A stretch of 32,000 bases of DNA, taken from Sneathiella chungangensis. GTDB lineage: Bacteria > Pseudomonadota > Alphaproteobacteria > Sneathiellales > Sneathiellaceae. Every line of letters starts with the position of its first letter. Position 1 is the first letter of the stretch. The notes beneath the pieces are model-generated. The model was given only the letters and a program-made list of their open reading frames with translations, did no database searches and was not told where the DNA came from. Shown here piece by piece: positions 30,836-32,000 of the stretch. Where the stretch lies: positions 597,108 through 629,107 of the forward strand of contig NZ_WTVA01000015.1 of the NCBI RefSeq assembly GCF_009882935.1, given 5' to 3'. A program made the position numbers and the translations under genes.

Positions 30836-30864
30836 TTGAATTATTAAAATAAATACTATATATT
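30836..30864 (+). promoter_or_regulatory. Candidate sigma70 promoter for the Irr-type regulator
   Basis: TTGAAT (30836-30841) - N17 - TATATT (30859-30864). Confidence 0.55.
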
Positions 30865-30904
30865 TGCGATAAGGCTTCTTATTGGAAGGGGCCGGATTAC
30901 AAGA

Positions 30905-31333
30905 GTGTGCCCGATGACGCAGTCAGATTTTGTTGAATTGGAGAAGAAGCTGAGAGACGCCGAGTTGCGTCCGACCAAGCAGCGCCTGGCGTTGGCACAA
31001 CTGCTGTATTCTCAGGGCAATCGCCATATCACGGCGGAGCGTTTGCACAGCGAAGCCATGGAAGCCGGTGTCGCGATTTCACTGGCGACGATCTACAACA
31101 ACCTGCATCAATTTACCACCGCCGGCCTTCTTCGGGAAGTTGTGGTGGATTCCAGCCGCTCCTATTTCGATACGAATGTCGCGCCGCATCATCATTTCTT
31201 CCATGAAGAACAAGGCACACTTGAAGATATCGCGAAGAGCGATCTGACAGTCGCCAATATTCCGCCGCTGCCCGAAGGGACCGAAATCAGCAGCGTCGAT
31301 GTAATCGTCCGGGTCAATTCGCCGCGGCGCTAA
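30905..31333 (+). CDS. irr: Irr-type Fur-family iron response regulator
   Basis: LRDAELRPTKQRLALAQLLYSQGNRHITAERLHSEA, ISLATIYNNLHQFTTAGLLREVVVD, SRSYFDTNVAPHHHFFHEEQGTLEDI (HHH motif). Start is GTG 30905 or ATG 30914. Confidence 0.88.
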   Translation: MCPMTQSDFVELEKKLRDAELRPTKQRLALAQLLYSQGNRHITAERLHSEAMEAGVAISLATIYNNLHQFTTAGLLREVVVDSSRSYFDTNVAPHHHFFHEEQGTLEDIAKSDLTVANIPPLPEGTEISSVDVIVRVNSPRR

Positions 31334-31343
31334 TTTTTCTTCT

Positions 31344-31358
31344 TTAGAAGAATTCTAA
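31344..31358. promoter_or_regulatory. Candidate Irr box (iron control element)
   Basis: TTAGAA-GAA-TTCTAA perfect inverted repeat (context TTTAGAAGAATTCTAAT), four bases upstream of the -35 element. Confidence 0.6.
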
Positions 31359-31362
31359 TCTA

Positions 31363-31391
31363 TTGACAGCCCTTTTCCCTGGACCTATATT
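31363..31391 (+). promoter_or_regulatory. Near-consensus sigma70 promoter for rubrerythrin
   Basis: TTGACA (31363-31368) - N17 - TATATT (31386-31391). Confidence 0.75.
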
Positions 31392-31454
31392 GACTGGGTA
31401 AACCTGTTCATCCTCGAACAGACTCATTCCAATCTCTCATTCCAGGAGGACTTC

Positions 31455-31874
31455 ATGTCTCTAGCGGGAAGCAAAACCGAAAAAAATCTGAAAGATGCCT
31501 TTGCAGGTGAATCCCAGGCAAACCGCCGTTATCTCTATTTCGCGCAGAAAGCCGACGTTGAAGGGTACAATGATGTTGCAACGGTTTTTCGCTCGACTGC
31601 GGAAGGCGAGACCGGCCATGCGCACGGTCATCTGGAATATCTTGAAGCCGTCGGCGATCCGGCGACCGGCCTGCCGATAGGCGCAACCTCCGCCAACTTG
31701 AAAGCGGCCATTGCCGGCGAAACGCATGAGTATACGGATATGTATCCGGGAATGGCGAAAACCGCGCGCGAAGAAGGCCATGACGAAATCGCCGATTGGT
31801 TCGAAACTCTCGCCAAGGCAGAGAAAAGCCACGCCGGCCGTTTCCAGAAGGCTCTCGATAATCTCGACGATTAA
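31455..31874 (+). CDS. Rubrerythrin-like diiron protein without a rubredoxin domain
   Basis: 139 aa; [82 protein letters not shown] (ferritin-like ExxH motifs); no C-terminal CxxC pair. Confidence 0.9.
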   Translation: MSLAGSKTEKNLKDAFAGESQANRRYLYFAQKADVEGYNDVATVFRSTAEGETGHAHGHLEYLEAVGDPATGLPIGATSANLKAAIAGETHEYTDMYPGMAKTAREEGHDEIADWFETLAKAEKSHAGRFQKALDNLDD

Positions 31875-31901
31875 TCCGCCGGATCACGATTTTCGTTTGA
31901 C

Positions 31902-31931
31902 GGGGTAGCGGATTACGTAATTCGCTACCCC
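31902..31931 (+). terminator. 30-bp near-perfect palindrome downstream of rubrerythrin, likely terminator
   Basis: GGGGTAGCGGATTAC / GTAATTCGCTACCCC; 15 bp per arm with one G-T mismatch/wobble, followed by TTT. Confidence 0.6.
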
Positions 31932-31962
31932 TTTCCAAATCACCTATATTCAGGGGAATATT

Positions 31963-32000
31963 ATGCGCGAAGGAAGCCTTGACGCGCCGACACGGCATAT
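31963..32000 (+). CDS. Start of a downstream gene, truncated by the window edge; possibly an Fe-S (heterodisulfide reductase-like) protein
   Basis: Reads MREGSLDAPTRH... after GGGGAA. Identity rests only on recall of this N-terminus and the rubrerythrin neighbourhood. Confidence 0.35.
   Translation, partial: MREGSLDAPTRH

Noticed and set aside
30830-30870. Possible Irr or Fur box overlapping the irr promoter (GATTTGAATTATTAAAATAAAT)
   Set aside because: AT-rich but not a good inverted repeat; no match to TTAGAA-N3-TTCTAA, so only the promoter is called.
1-32000. CRISPR arrays, transposases, prophage, toxin-antitoxin or defence genes, rRNA/tRNA genes
   Set aside because: No tandem spaced repeats, no integrase/transposase or defence-type motifs in any listed ORF, and no tRNA- or rRNA-like stretches noticed. 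A tRNAscan/Infernal/IS search would be needed to exclude them formally.

Overview
The window looks like a mostly core-genome segment from an alphaproteobacterium; this placement is inferred from gene order and protein families, not from a search. From left to right I read: trpS (5' truncated), a DUF2333-like protein, a UspA protein, a roughly 5.9 kb less-conserved block, and then a long housekeeping run. The block holds a Bax-like glucosaminidase, an SDR, an Ldh_2-family dehydrogenase, an HpcH/HpaI aldolase, a polysaccharide deacetylase and an M15D D-Ala-D-Ala dipeptidase. The housekeeping run is tsaB-rimI-mucR-fur-plsC-miaB-phoH-ybeY-corC-lnt-HTH-metK-trmB-rimP-nusA-ylxR-infB-rbfA-truB-rpsO-pnp. 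The right end has a nitronate-monooxygenase-like protein with a Cys-rich C-terminus, an Irr-type Fur-family regulator, a short rubrerythrin and the first codons of another gene. I found no CRISPR array, transposase, phage genes, rRNA or tRNA, and no convincing new multi-gene system. The most checkable signals are non-coding. (1) A perfect TTAGAA-N3-TTCTAA inverted repeat, resembling an Irr box, lies just upstream of a near-consensus promoter for rubrerythrin. (2) A 10-bp stem/3-nt loop/T7 terminator lies immediately before rimP, with a promoter-like sequence ahead of it. (3) The rpsO-pnp spacer and pnp leader contain several stem-loops. (4) Hairpins or inverted repeats lie upstream of fur, in the tsaB divergent region and ahead of the glucosaminidase gene.
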